From Octopus vulgaris (taxonomy: Eukaryota): DNA of 64,000 bases. Under the pieces are notes generated by a model, which was given only the letters and a program-made list of their open reading frames with translations, did not search any database and was not told the DNA's origin. The translations under genes were made by a program, and so were the position numbers. This document shows, in pieces, positions 28,110 through 40,603 of this stretch (within the stretch, counting starts at the first letter, position 1; each line of letters starts with the position of its first letter). The stretch spans positions 39,370,001 to 39,434,000 of the forward strand of contig OX597825.1 of NCBI GenBank assembly GCA_951406725.2. The letters run 5' to 3'.

Positions 28110-30260
28110 CTGGCTTTGAATAATAGATTGGTTGAAATTAATAAGAAACATCTCGATATACTCAGAGAACTAAAGCTATTTGATAGAACGGCACCATATA
28201 CTCCCCACTTTACGTTGATAGATCATTAGGCGAATTTTGAGAGTCAATCTTCTGTTCAACTAAGCCTGGCTTAGGTAGGATAAGTATGTCAAATACGGAT
28301 AGAATAGCCCATTATGAGAAAAGGAATATAGATTTAGCATTTTGGATTAGTACGGAGAATGTAATAACATGCTTTTTCTCATTGGATAATAAAAGAAAAA
28401 ACATACTTTTTGTAATTCAATATTAGTAGCTATTAACAATACATTTCGCTGAAACTTTTAGACAGAGCAGTTAACTTTGGTAATAAATTTATGGAAATCA
28501 CACATTTAGACAAAGATATAATTTCAACCTATAGGCGAAGCCTAATATCTTTCAGAGAAAAAAGTTAGACTCATAGTGACCACCAAGATGAATTTGATGT
28601 CACAATGGGATCCTCCCAGATTACAGATATTGTTGGCCTGTTTATAATCCCGAAGATTAATGAAGAGTTCATGGTTTGTGGACGCCCCTCGACGATTAAG
28701 TAGACTAGTCCAATACGTAGTCTAGACGGCGGCGTTGAGTAGGAGTCGGAGCAAAGTAGGAGTCGGGTTGAGTAGAAGGCATCCGAACGTGCGACATAGC
28801 AGTTCCATAATATCAGAGGATATGAATTGCTTAAAAAGAAATTGGGTAGACGTTTTCCTAATTTAACAGAATTAAATATTGATACACCTTCTGCGAATGA
28901 TCGTCACAAACATAAGCTTCGCCACGGATATGGAAAACATCGAAATTTCTTGATTTATAATTTTATAATGAACCCAATAGATAATAGGCAAATTTGGAAT
29001 AACTCTTCCAGAAAACGGGAAATTATATTGTTTAACCCACATATTTACTTTCACGTCAAAAATCAACCCAAGTTAGTTTTTAAAGATTATTGATAAAATC
29101 TTCCCCTAAGGTCATAAATATCATCGTATTTTTAATAGGTGTAGTCTAAATTAGTGGAGGCGCAATGGCCCAGTGGTTAGGGCAGCGGACTCGCGGTCGT
29201 AGGATCGCGGTTTCGATTCCCAGACCGGGCGTTGTGAGTGTTTATTGAGCGAAAACACCTAAAGCCCCAGGAGGCTCCGGCAGGGATGGTGGTGATCCCT
29301 GCTGTACTCTTTCACCACAACTTTCTCTCACTCTTACTTCCTGTTTCTGTTGTACCTGTATTTCAAAGGGCCGGCCTTGTCACTCTCTGTGTCACGCTGA
29401 ATATCCCCGAGAACTACGTTAAGGGTACACGTGTCTGTGGAGTGCTCAGCCACTTACACGTTAATTTCACGAGCAGGCTGTTCCGTTGATCGGATCAACC
29501 GGAACCCTCGTCGTCGTAACCGACGGAGTGCTTCCAGTGCTAAAATAATCGTATTCGACCACGCCTAACCCAGGTTCTATAATAGATGCGAATAATAAGT
29601 TTAATTTTAGAAGTTATATTACTGATAGGGACGCTCATATAGCTGGTCACAAAACGGTTAATGATATAGAATCTAAGAATGCAAAAGCGAAGCCTCTAAA
29701 TAAAATTGTAATTGTAGTTCCCGGAATACATGTCCACTAAAGGGGTTTTGCTTGAGGACAAACGTAGTGTATGAATGCGAGCTTTTGACTCATAATGAAT
29801 CCTGTATAAAGCAATATATAGGGAGCAAAATAGATTATAAAACTCGATTCAGGGGACATACAGACAGGACAAGAAAAAATCAACTGCACTAGATATTTAT
29901 GTGAATAACTTAAAATGCAAAATAAGAATATAGAGTTATTTAGTCAATCATGACTGACACGACCCCATACCACACCCATACTAGAACGTGCAGATTGTGC
30001 ACAAAACAATCAACATATTTCGTATTGATAAAAAATATTATTTAATAAGATCTCGGATGTTTTGATTTTCTGTAGACAAATATTTTTCAACTTTAATTTA
30101 TTTTTTCTCCTTAAATGATAAGACTGTATACAAGTTTAACCTTGAACACATATTGTATTTAGGACTCATCTTATAATATCACTGCTAAACGTTCATTTAA
30201 ACGATGAAATGCAGCATTTCTGATATTTCATGCGCCTGAACATCACGTACTTTCGCTCTA
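28110..30260 (+). mobile_element. Decayed Penelope-like element, Hydra-clade-like (RT + GIY-YIG)
   Basis: LGRIS, FDVTMGS, RKREIILFNP, HKYHRIFNR..SYSTTPN, linker CNCSSRNTCPLKGFC (CxCx5C), and NVVYECE...QYIG. Many stops and frameshifts. Confidence 0.85.
29154..29537 (+). mobile_element. Young tRNA(Arg)-like SINE (octopus OR-type) inserted in the PLE
   Basis: A box TGGCCCAGTGG, TCG anticodon-like loop, B box GTTTCGATTCC. GC-rich, with an imperfect CTAAA.TA duplication; it splits the PLE reading frame. Confidence 0.88.
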
Positions 30261-30272
30261 AGCTTCACATTT

Positions 30273-30335
30273 AACTTAGCGGTTCGGTAAAAGAGGTCGA
30301 TAGAATAAGTACTAGGCTTACAAAGAATAAATCTT
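30273..30335 (+). mobile_element. SINE fragment, family of 26664
   Basis: AACTTAGCGGTTCGGTAAAAGAG..GATAGAATAAGTACTAGGCTTACAAAG. Confidence 0.75.
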
Positions 30336-30339
30336 GAAC

Positions 30340-30484
30340 ATTATTTATATTTTACAGATATTTGTTCTCATCTTTTTTGTTGTTCACACAACGTCTCGGC
30401 TGATAAACCCTTCTGCCTTCATTATGTGTCTCGGGGAAATTTCGAACCTGGGTTCTATTTCCTAAGGTATTTTACGATGTCGTC

Positions 30485-30539
<55 letters not shown>

Positions 30540-31865
30540 GTATTAGTATTATCTTATGTTTGACTTTTTATTTACATGTGTATAATTTGGCTCTAAGTCT
30601 CACCCAGAGAACTCAAGAGACAACAAGTTGGAAGTTCATGTTGGTGTTATGCATAGGGTGTCATATATTTGGTTTTGTACATAGTGTTATTCTAGAGAAT
30701 GTTTAAGAAACCATAAGAAAATTATGTTTGTTTTAAAACTTGAGATTACATAGAAAGCAGTTCACATGAACACTATCTTTAGAATTTCTGCCATTTTTGG
30801 GTTTCCTGGTATGTGAGCTAGGTAGCAATCAGCCCCTTTTGCTATCATTCCCAGGACACCTATGATAACAGGTATTGTTTTAGTCTTCAGGTTCCACATT
30901 TTGCTAATTTCTATTATTATTATTATTATTATTATTGTTATTATTATTGCTATTCTTATTATTGTTATTATTATTATTATTCGAACCTGGAATCTTGAGC
31001 TTTGTGGCCCACGCTCTTAATCACTACGCTATATGCCCGTGGGCAATTATGGACTGTATTTTAGGGCTTATGATTCTAATATATTCCTATCCTTGCTTAA
31101 TACCGTTTCCCATATGCTATTCATATCTCCACTCAGTCTGCTTAGGAGGTTGTTGTGTCCTAGCATTTGTGTTGCTAATTTTAGTTTTCCAGTGGTGTTC
31201 TCTATCTATTATTTTAACTTCATCCAGGAGGGGGAGGTGTCTCCATTTTTCCATACATGATCAGCTATACCCGATTTATCAGTATCTTCTCGTGTCACAT
31301 CTTAGCGATATTTGTCTACCCTTATTTTGAGGGGGTGTCTTGTTTCGCCTTTGTATAACCTACCACAGCTGCATGGGATGGAGTACACGCAGTTTTTGGT
31401 CATAATTGCTTATGTTGGTTGTTTTACTCGATATGATATCTTTTGTATCTTTTCGGAGAGGCATTTCACATAGGGTAGACAGAATGTAGACAGTTTATTG
31501 GTTTCATCCTCCCTTTTCTTTATTATTGGAGTGGATAGTATGTTTTTTGCGGATAGTTGTTGCTTAATAGATTGTTACTGAACTTAATCATTTCTTCATG
31601 GTGTGTATCACGATCGCTACTTATATTCTTTCCTCGATGGTTTAGGCACTGAGAAATCCACCCATTTACAAGGTATGGACGGTGGGAATTGAAGTCGAGG
31701 TATTGTCCAGTGAAGGTCGGCTTCCATTACACGAATGTCCTGAATCCATACTTCGTGCGTGTTATTAATACGTCCAGGAATGCTAGCTGATTATATTTTT
31801 AATCCGTCAAATGTAAATAATGTAAATAATGTACGTAATTCCTCATCTCTTAAATATAGAACTGT
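30340..31865 (-). mobile_element. 5'-truncated Penelope/Poseidon-type PLE with a tRNA-(TAA)n-HHR tail and a short inverted pLTR piece at its 5' end
   Basis: LAFLDVLITR..KPTFTGQYLDFNSH (RT thumb), LPYV, VYSIPCSCGRLYKGET (GIY-YIG), SGIADHVW. The tail 30340-31040 matches 10632-10990, and 31801-31835 resembles the tail in opposite orientation. Confidence 0.88.
30553..30912 (-). mobile_element. 5'-truncated R4/Dong-type (RLE) non-LTR retrotransposon inserted in (TAA)n
   Basis: EISKMWNLKTKTIPVIIGVLGMI...EILKIVFM*TA is an RLE C-terminus followed by a 3' UTR, with (TAA)n on both sides. Confidence 0.85.
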
Positions 31866-32719
31866 GTTGGGAAATATATTGACAAAATAACCTATGACTC
31901 CTGAAATTTGTTTTCTTTCTATTAATCTTTAAATATGTATAGATATATACATACACATATAAACCCATACACACACATAAGCATAAGAACGGATATATTC
32001 ATGTCCACATACATATACAAATATCCATATACATTCACACACATATATTCATATACACACATACATTCATCTATATATAGATCTATACATATACTCACAT
32101 GCATCTACCCATATGCACACACATATATGCATGTAAAGGCAGCTTACACTCACAGAGCCATACATGCATATATGCATACATACATTCATTCATGCATATG
32201 TGCGTGTGTGTATGTATATGGGTGTGTCTGTGTGTGTACAACGGGTATTAATATGTTGTTAAGGATATGTTAATGTAGTTATTAATGCAACTCAAATATT
32301 AGGTTTATCAAATATTCTCTAGTATTTACTGCTTTTTGAATAATGTTTAGCCAACGCCGTATAGATAAATTTATGTATTTTGGTGAATTATTAGTTTTCG
32401 GAAGGGAATTATATACCACTGAAGATTGCTAGATGTATGTATGTTATTGAGATATAGAATTGCAATGACTGGAGTGCGTGATTGCTTTGCAAACACCTCG
32501 TCCAAACACATAAATATAAATCATAAACAGTATCATCCAGTCTGCTGTGGTAAATATACAAACAATTATACACATTATCTGATGCATTTTTCCTTCTGAA
32601 GTGATTATGCTCAGCTATATGAACTTAATTTTTAAGTTTAACTGAAACAGATGTAAGGGATAATGATCGATTTGTTGTTGATAATAAACTCATAATTTCC
32701 CTTTTCTCATTCTTCTTCG

Positions 32720-32756
<37 letters not shown>

Positions 32757-32760
32757 ACAA

Positions 32761-32808
<48 letters not shown>

Positions 32809-33150
32809 TGACAATCCTCCTATAATTTCTGTTGTAGTCGTGTGGACTTTTGGTGGCCTTCATATTTATTTATAGCTGTTTAAAAAACAAATTATGATTT
32901 CGTTATTTTGAGAGCCAATATAGTACCTGGTTCTTGTTCACTCCATGTATAAGAAGATTTGTGCGCTATTGGATGTAGGAACAAACTCGAAGACAGCTTA
33001 TAGATGCCCCTCAACTTATGGATCGTACGTTTCAAACAACCTGCATATGAAATATATATTATGCTGTAAATATTACTTACATGGAAAACGATTGTTTGGG
33101 ATCTGATATTGGGGGAAACGATGGTCAGAAATATGCAGATATATATTTCT

Positions 33151-33383
33151 TATGTCTTTATAGCCCACAAGGGGCTAAACATAGAGGGGACAAACAAGGA
33201 CAGGCAAAGGGATTTAATCGATTACATCGACCCCAGTACGTAACTGGTACTTAATCTATCGACCCCGAAATGATGAAAGGCAAAGTCGACCTCGGCGGAA
33301 TTTGAAATCAGAACGTAAATACAGACGAAATACCGCTAAGCATTTCACCCGGTGTGCTAACTTTTCTGCCACCTCGCCGACTT
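33151..33383 (-). mobile_element. tRNA-derived SINE with an L1/Tx1-like tail and a 17-bp TSD
   Basis: TSD TGCAGATATATATTTCT at 33134-33150 and 33384-33400. Head and core match 39601 (core TTTGCCTTTCATC..TTCGGGGTCGATA). Confidence 0.92.
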
Positions 33384-34985
33384 TGCAGATATATATTTCT
33401 GGTTGTGTATTAACCACAGTCACACCGCCGTCTTATGCCGATCACCTTTATAGTAAGATTCTATAAAAACCTCACTTCATATTTACAGGTCTGTTGTAAA
33501 AAAAATTGCTTCCAATTTGTTTGGAAGCCTTAATATGACCATACTTATATTTACACTTACACTGTCACTTTTCCAAGTCTCACATTAGATTCATGGACCT
33601 TGTTTTCGGAGCTGAGAAATATGTTGAGGATCTCAGGTTTATAATGAGACATTCTGAAATTAACTAATACAGAAAAATGGAAATATCATAATGAAACATA
33701 GAATCTAGTTCTTGTTTGAACAAAGTCAAGTATTATGTAGAAGAAGTGTGTAAAACTTAAATGATCTATTTATTAATGAGCAAATTGTTAAGAAATTTCT
33801 CATAATCCAGAATTCCCCATTTTGACTACACTAAATCTTTGTTAATTAAGTCAATTATTATCTGTCAGCGGATACACTGATAACGTCAGTCGAAATGGGA
33901 GACATCGTAAAACATCCTCACTTCTACAATAACTGCAGGATAAAGACGTCTAATATTTGTTCCATGTTAAAATTATTCTACGTGACTATTTTAAGGCTAC
34001 GTAAAAGTTTTGTCTAGAATACACAGGGAGATATCGCTAGGATGATTAAGTGGTTCTGTCGTTGGTGCAAATATAAAAGTGGTCGGGCAAAATGATCGAT
34101 AATGCACTTCCACGAGGTGAAATGAAACTGGATGTTTACAGACAACTTCAGCTTCAATAATAATTTATTCGTCTTGTAAATAACAAATGTTCCTGAGTTA
34201 CGATTATAATTCATAAACCAAATATTGATATATCTTAAAGATCTGAATGTTGTGTTTGTTTCCAGATATTGTAGTACTTGTACGTACACATTGCTTTAGG
34301 ATTAATAATTATATTACAATTAAAAAAATCGATGGCAGTGATGTGTTTCTTTTTATATTAAAAGAAACACAATGAGTTTTGTATTCATGTATTCACTGCT
34401 AACAGCGATAAATTTATGCTGTTATTGAACAATGTAATTTGCTTACTCTCGTCTGCATGTATTAAGAATCGTTTTGTGCTCGACACTTCAAAATCTCCTT
34501 TTTTTTTAAATTCCAAAACAATTCCTTCTTATCCAATAGCCTCGTGGTTACATTCCCTATTTTCAGACAATTTACAAAATTGATGTTTTATACACGTTAT
34601 ATTTTGAATTATGTATGTAAGTTTCCCAAATTCTATGAGAAAATTCAATGCATAATAATGGTAAATATCATTAAACGAATATAAAGTATTTAAGGAAGTT
34701 ATTTAGGTACAAAAATAAAAATGAAACCATATGCAGTTACGAAAAGCATGTTTTCCTTAGATTCCTACGGATTTTGTTGTCATAGCACGTAGCGAAGTGT
34801 TTTGAAAGATTTACATATGGATATATGCATGCATATATATATGTATGTATGCATATGTGTATATCTATGTATGGATGTGTGCGCGTATATATAAATATAT
34901 ATGTATATACATATATATATGTGTGTCTGTATATATATGTATATACATATATATGTGTGTGTGTATATATATGTATATACATATA

Positions 34986-35026
<41 letters not shown>

Positions 35027-35087
35027 CTATTAAGTTAGACATGGCCTGGACCAATCTCTGGTCGAAACATATCTAAGTTTTATCTAA

Positions 35088-35164
<77 letters not shown>

Positions 35165-35539
35165 TACTCAAGTTTAGGAAAATATTCTACTATTGTTAAA
35201 CTTCACTCGATGGGTACTTCTGTGTTCCTATTTGGAACTATAAATATTCTGTTGAGTATTTGATAACGTTTATGAGATTTTTTTCACATGCGAGTTTATT
35301 TAAAAGTTTTCTACAGCATAAATATCTCACCTATATTTGCTTGCGCTTCTATTCCTTAATAACATATACACCTCTAGCAATTCGAGTGCTATATAATTCC
35401 CTTCCGATAACAATTTCCAATATACCTAAATTCATCTATTCTATTTGGCATTGGCTAAATATTTTTCAAAATGCTATAGAATATTTAATAATAATATTAG
35501 ACTAACTTTTTTCTAAAACGAGAAATTATTGCGGCACAC

Positions 35540-36112
35540 AACGCTAGTAGAAATTTGTTGCTCGACAACACATGTGAGTGGGTGAAGGAGACTACGAAGC
35601 CTCATTCGTATGTTTTGAATTCGTTGGTACTGGATGTTGAAAATAGTTTGTCTGATGTTACTTGAATCAGATAGGTATGTTCAATTCTTTCAGTGCTCTC
35701 TAATTTAAAATATTGAAAGGTTTGTGCTGATGAAGAGAATGATAAAATGGAGATGTAATTCTTGCATCTCCATATCTATGTAACTCAGAAACGCGTCGAC
35801 AAGTAATCAAATGCCGGGTGAATTTTCGTTATTTTTTCCTCTATGCCTACGTAAATTGATTTTGAGGATACATTGTTTGGGAGATTCTTCTTATAGTAGA
35901 AGAATAGCTAAGTTTTTGGCTGCTATTTCTAAAAGTTCGGTATGTGGCAAAGCAAATTTTTCTTTTTTTTGCTGAACCCTACTTATACTTATACTCATAA
36001 TTATATAAAGTAATGTTTAAGTTTACCGTAAATGGTCCTTTTAACATGCTGAACACTACTTGGTAGAATTATTAATTACCAATTTATTAATTAATTTTAC
36101 ACTTTATTATTA
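35540..36112 (+). mobile_element. Single HHR unit related to the 3.3-4.9-kb family
   Basis: Shares GCTGCTATTTCTAA..GTAT.GGCAAA..AAATGGTCC..TACTTGGT with that family, and carries an HHR at 35722. Confidence 0.75.
35722..35802 (+). ncRNA. Type I hammerhead ribozyme
   Basis: TTGTG-CTGATGA-(long stem II including ATGGAGATG/CATCTCCAT)-GAAAC-GC-GTC-GACAA. GUC triplet, with a mismatch at the first stem I pair. Confidence 0.7.
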
Positions 36113-36656
36113 TTACATATATATATATGATATAAATTGAACATGAGCGATCGCTGTATTCCTTCTTGTCTTGAGGTTCACAGACAAACGACTGGGTGGG
36201 TTCACGTGAAAAATGACACACATGTGGAGACGGGTGCATAGACTGGAATTCCGTTTGTATTTTTCCTAGCTCTCCTACCTACCGAGAAAATCGATTAAAA
36301 CATTTTCTAAAGGAATTCCCCTACTAGTTCCGCCATTAAAACAACCAGTTGCTCCCACAGCCGGCATATACCATTTCGCTAGCAACAAAGGGAGTACAGG
36401 ATGACAGTCAGCCAAAACTTTCGCTATGCTGTCTCTTTTCTTCTCTCTCATATACACACGCGCAGCTGAGAGCAGAAATTGAAAGAAGATTAGCTGGCTA
36501 CCTGGCTTACGGGCTGCCTGCCTGGCTGACTGACTGAAAGACCGGCCAGCCAACCAGCCAACCAGCCACATCAACTAACCAACCAATCAACCAAATAACT
36601 GATAGTCTGTCTATCTATATATCTATCTATCTATCTATCTCTATATATATACACAC

Positions 36657-36689
<33 letters not shown>

Positions 36690-36717
36690 TACATATATAC
36701 ATATACATATGCATACA

Positions 36718-36754
<37 letters not shown>

Positions 36755-36805
36755 CTGGTGGTGCCCCAGCATGGCCACAGCTCATGAGCTGAAACTAGAA
36801 TAAAA
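36755..36805 (+). mobile_element. Isolated SINE/LINE 3' tail within a duplicated microsatellite
   Basis: GGTGGTGCCCCAGCATGGCCACAGCTC..GAGCTGAAACTAG resembles the tail of the 26664 SINE. Confidence 0.6.
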
Positions 36806-39231
36806 ATATATATATATATATATATGTATATACATATATACATATACATATGCATACAAACATATATATATATATATATATATATATTTCTCTCAATGCA
36901 TCTATCTCTCTCGCAGGTTGTCCACATAATTCTATGTACAAATATTTATTTGCATTTGTATGATTGCATATAACTGTATGTCTTTGTGTTTGCTATGTGT
37001 ATGTGTGTGTGTAAGTGTGGGGATCTCTACAAAGAGAGTGAGAAAGATGAAATTTCCATAGGTATGTAAATAGAAAACAGTCTAGTAATGTATCATATAT
37101 GCGTGATTTATTAAAGTTAACTTCTGATTACAATATTTATATATCCATTACAATTTCCTTGCAGCAATGTTCTCATACTTATGTATATATTCTGTTATAG
37201 AAATAAAATGCATTACTATAAAACAAAATTAAAAGATTTTGTTTAATGGTGAGAACAAAATAGTGAATTAGATAGGTATATTGTTACAAATAGAAAATGC
37301 AAATGTGTTTCTTCTGAGAATACGTTTCTTACAATGCCTATAATATCAGTGATCTTTTCAAATAAAATAATTTTTTGAAATATACATAGTTGAAACATAA
37401 ATCGTTTCTTGAACTCTTGTATTTCACACATCTACAGAAACATTGAAACTTTTCAAGTATTGAAAATAACATCAAATATAAATATTTAGTTTTACACTTA
37501 AAACATATAGCTGAAATGACAGTATTAACGTCAAAACGAATAATTGAATAAATATATCGTGTGTTCTTAAACCTAAATTTTGAAGATGATGAATTTAACA
37601 TTTGTTGACCTTTCTTTAATATGATTTCTTGCACAACTGAGGAGATATCAAAGCAAATATTTGAGAGCAAATACAATTAAAACAAAAGCGATAACCTACA
37701 GAAAGGAAATTCTGAAAAGAATTACAAATAGAACGAAAATATAGGAAATTAAAACAAAAAAAAGTGAATACACAGCGGAAGATCGGTCGAGAAAACAGCA
37801 GTTGATGATATCGGGCTGATTACAAACGAAGATTTGGAGAAGATGAAAGACGAATAAATAAAAGGAAAGTATAGCACGAAAATTGATACCGGGAAACATA
37901 AAATAAGTTAAAACATATGGTAGATAACATACGTTAGATAATTTGAATAAAAATATTATGTGAATGAGATAACATTACAAAGACATTAAAACTTATTTTA
38001 AAAAGCGATTTCTAAACAATAAGCAGTAAATGAAAGTGAAAAGTAAATGACGCAAAAAATCATCCAAGAGAAATGCATATCGTGGATAGAGAAAAAGTGG
38101 GCAAGATCTGATAAATATATCTACACTTAAGAAAATTGGAAAAAGGGGAAAATTTAGAGCAAAAGGAAAGATAAGTGATCAGACAGACAACAAAAGTTAA
38201 ACCAAACTTTGTAGATCTAGCATATAGACTCCACATATAAACATAGATAATCGGTGATTGAAAAGAAAGGTGAATTTAAATGTGGAAATGGTGAAAGAAT
38301 TAGAAAACTTAACAAGAAAAGTGTACTATATAGACACATGAAAATAACGAATACAGAAACTGGGAAAACCTTAAAAATTATAATCACTTCGAGGGATGAA
38401 ATAGAAATGAAAGAAATGGGTTGTAGTATGATGAAATTGAGAATATAACGTTAAAGCATTAAGGCATGCAAAATGTATTTCCAGAAATAAACGCCATGAT
38501 GTAATGCTTGGAGCTGAGATGAATAAAATAATATATAATTACATAATGAATCGTATCAGGTACACATATCTGTCTGTCTCTCCCTCATTTTCTGTTTCTC
38601 TCTTTCTATCTCTATCTGTACATACGCACACAAATACATATATACGTACACAAATACACACATACGTTTATAAAAATGTTATATCGTTTCGTGTGTTTAG
38701 GCTAAAGTGAAAAGTTATTTCATGTCAACAACGTTGTTCTTAATACTTAAAACATATAGATCATTATTTTATAAGTGACAAAACTGCAATGAATGACGTG
38801 AAGATATTTTATTTCACTCTATACATCACTGCAGGATTATATTTAACCAAATTTTCATTTCCCAACCTAAACGAAAACCGGAAATTTAATAATTTAATAT
38901 GCTATAAATTTATACATTTTTCAAACAACAAGAACCAATATTTAAACGAAGTGAAACCATGTAGACACATTCACACTCATACACAACACTGGAAATACTA
39001 CACATTTTTCAATGTTTGCTCGAAAATTTTTGTCATTGTTCTCATGGCACCAATATAAATGGGGGAAATCTTAACCTTCATAAATTCGTTGTTCTAATAT
39101 TTGATGATATAATTTATAAATCGATAGTCTATTTTCTTGTTGATATTACATTGTTTATAAATAGTTACACATCATCACTACAATACATAACTTTAAATGG
39201 ATATGCGCTATCAGGCCTCTGGTGGGCAATG

Positions 39232-39468
39232 TGTCTCAAGTGTAGTGTAGGAAACTCACAAAAACCACACTTCGTGGATTTCAGGGTCTAGAAATTCTAT
39301 ATTTATAGAACCGTAATACCGCTTTTCGATGCATTGGAAACCAGATATTTGTCTCAAGGGTAGTGTAGGAAACTCACAAAAACCACACTTCGTGGAATTC
39401 AGGGTCTAGGAATTCTATATTTATAGAACCGTAATAAAGCTTTTCACTGCATTGGAAACCAGATATTT
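39232..39468. repeat. Tandem duplication, 2 copies of about 118 bp
   Basis: TGTCTCAAG.GTAGTGTAGGAAACTCAC...GGAAACCAGATATTT occurs twice. Confidence 0.92.
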
Positions 39469-39600
39469 TCCAACTCTTTTGGGAATTACGTTATAATATC
39501 TGAAATGGTAGTTATAAGAACTGAAATGGTAGTTATAAATCTCACACTGCGTTTGTTTGAAGAGTCTGCTGTCTTGCGACTATTAACATTTTGAGACTGT

Positions 39601-39818
39601 AAGACGGCGAACTGGCAGAAACGTTAGCACGCCGGGCGAAATGCTTAGCAGTATTTCGTCTGTCTTTACGTTCTGGGTTCAAATTCCATGGAGGTCGACT
39701 TTTCCTTTCATCCATTCGGGATCGATAAATTAAATACCAGTTGCGTACTGAGGTCCATCTAATCGACTGACCCCTCGACCAAAATTTTGGGCCTTGTGTT
39801 TAGAGTAGAAAAGATTAT
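39601..39818 (+). mobile_element. tRNA-derived SINE of about 220 bp with a conserved central core
   Basis: AAGACGGCGAACTGGCAGAAACGTTAGC, B box GGTTCAAATTCC, core CCTTTCATCC..GGGATCGATAAA, and an imperfect TSD ATTTTG(A/G)GACT. Confidence 0.88.
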
Positions 39819-40603
39819 TTTGGGACTATTCCTTGCAGCCAAACCCAATCAATGTCCTATTCCTCAGGCTTCATTTCTGATGATATATCGAATTATCGTT
39901 GTCAGATCTTAACACCTGTTTTTGGAAGAAACTGATTGAAACAGTCTTCAAAATTGATTTCATTTTTGCTAATATTTCTGCTTTCAGATTTTAAATTTCT
40001 AAATGTTTCGTCAGCATTTAACATTACTACATTAAGAGATCTTTTCTATATAGTATTTTAGGGAAACGTACACTTGTGTTTTCTAGTTCTCCTATATCAC
40101 CGGCATTCAATGACACGCTTCCTCTTTTACAGCGTGAAACTATTTGGGAACGCATGATTACATGCTTTATGAGTGGCTTCCTTTCTTTATCATCAGTATC
40201 CTTCAGCACATGTTTCCCTTGTTAGAAAATGCCTGCTTATAATAATCGCTAATATCAACTAATTAGTCGTACTGATCAAATATTCGTTGATGGTGATGGT
40301 TCCGACATGCAGTGTGAAATATGAAATCTTCAGTATCTGGATATAGCAATTTCCAAGATACACACACACACACAAACACTCACCCGAACACACACACGCG
40401 GATATATATATATATATATATGTGTCTGCGTCTTTTGTTCTTTCATGAACCCTCCCCCTATGTATATATATATATATATATTGAGAGAGACACAGAGAGA
40501 GAGATAGACAAAGAGATAGATAGATAGATGTATCATTCATATGTATGTGTGTGTTTGTATGTAATCTTATCATCCCGCAAATATTGTCCGAAATATCATA
40601 AAT

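Noticed and set aside
32410-32470. CTGAAGA followed by a TTGC/GCAA stem
   Set aside because: No GAAA, stem III or NUH follows; at most a truncated relic.
40027-40220. 60-aa minus-strand ORF as a host exon
   Set aside because: Weak AAG acceptor, no recognisable domain, and an early stop.
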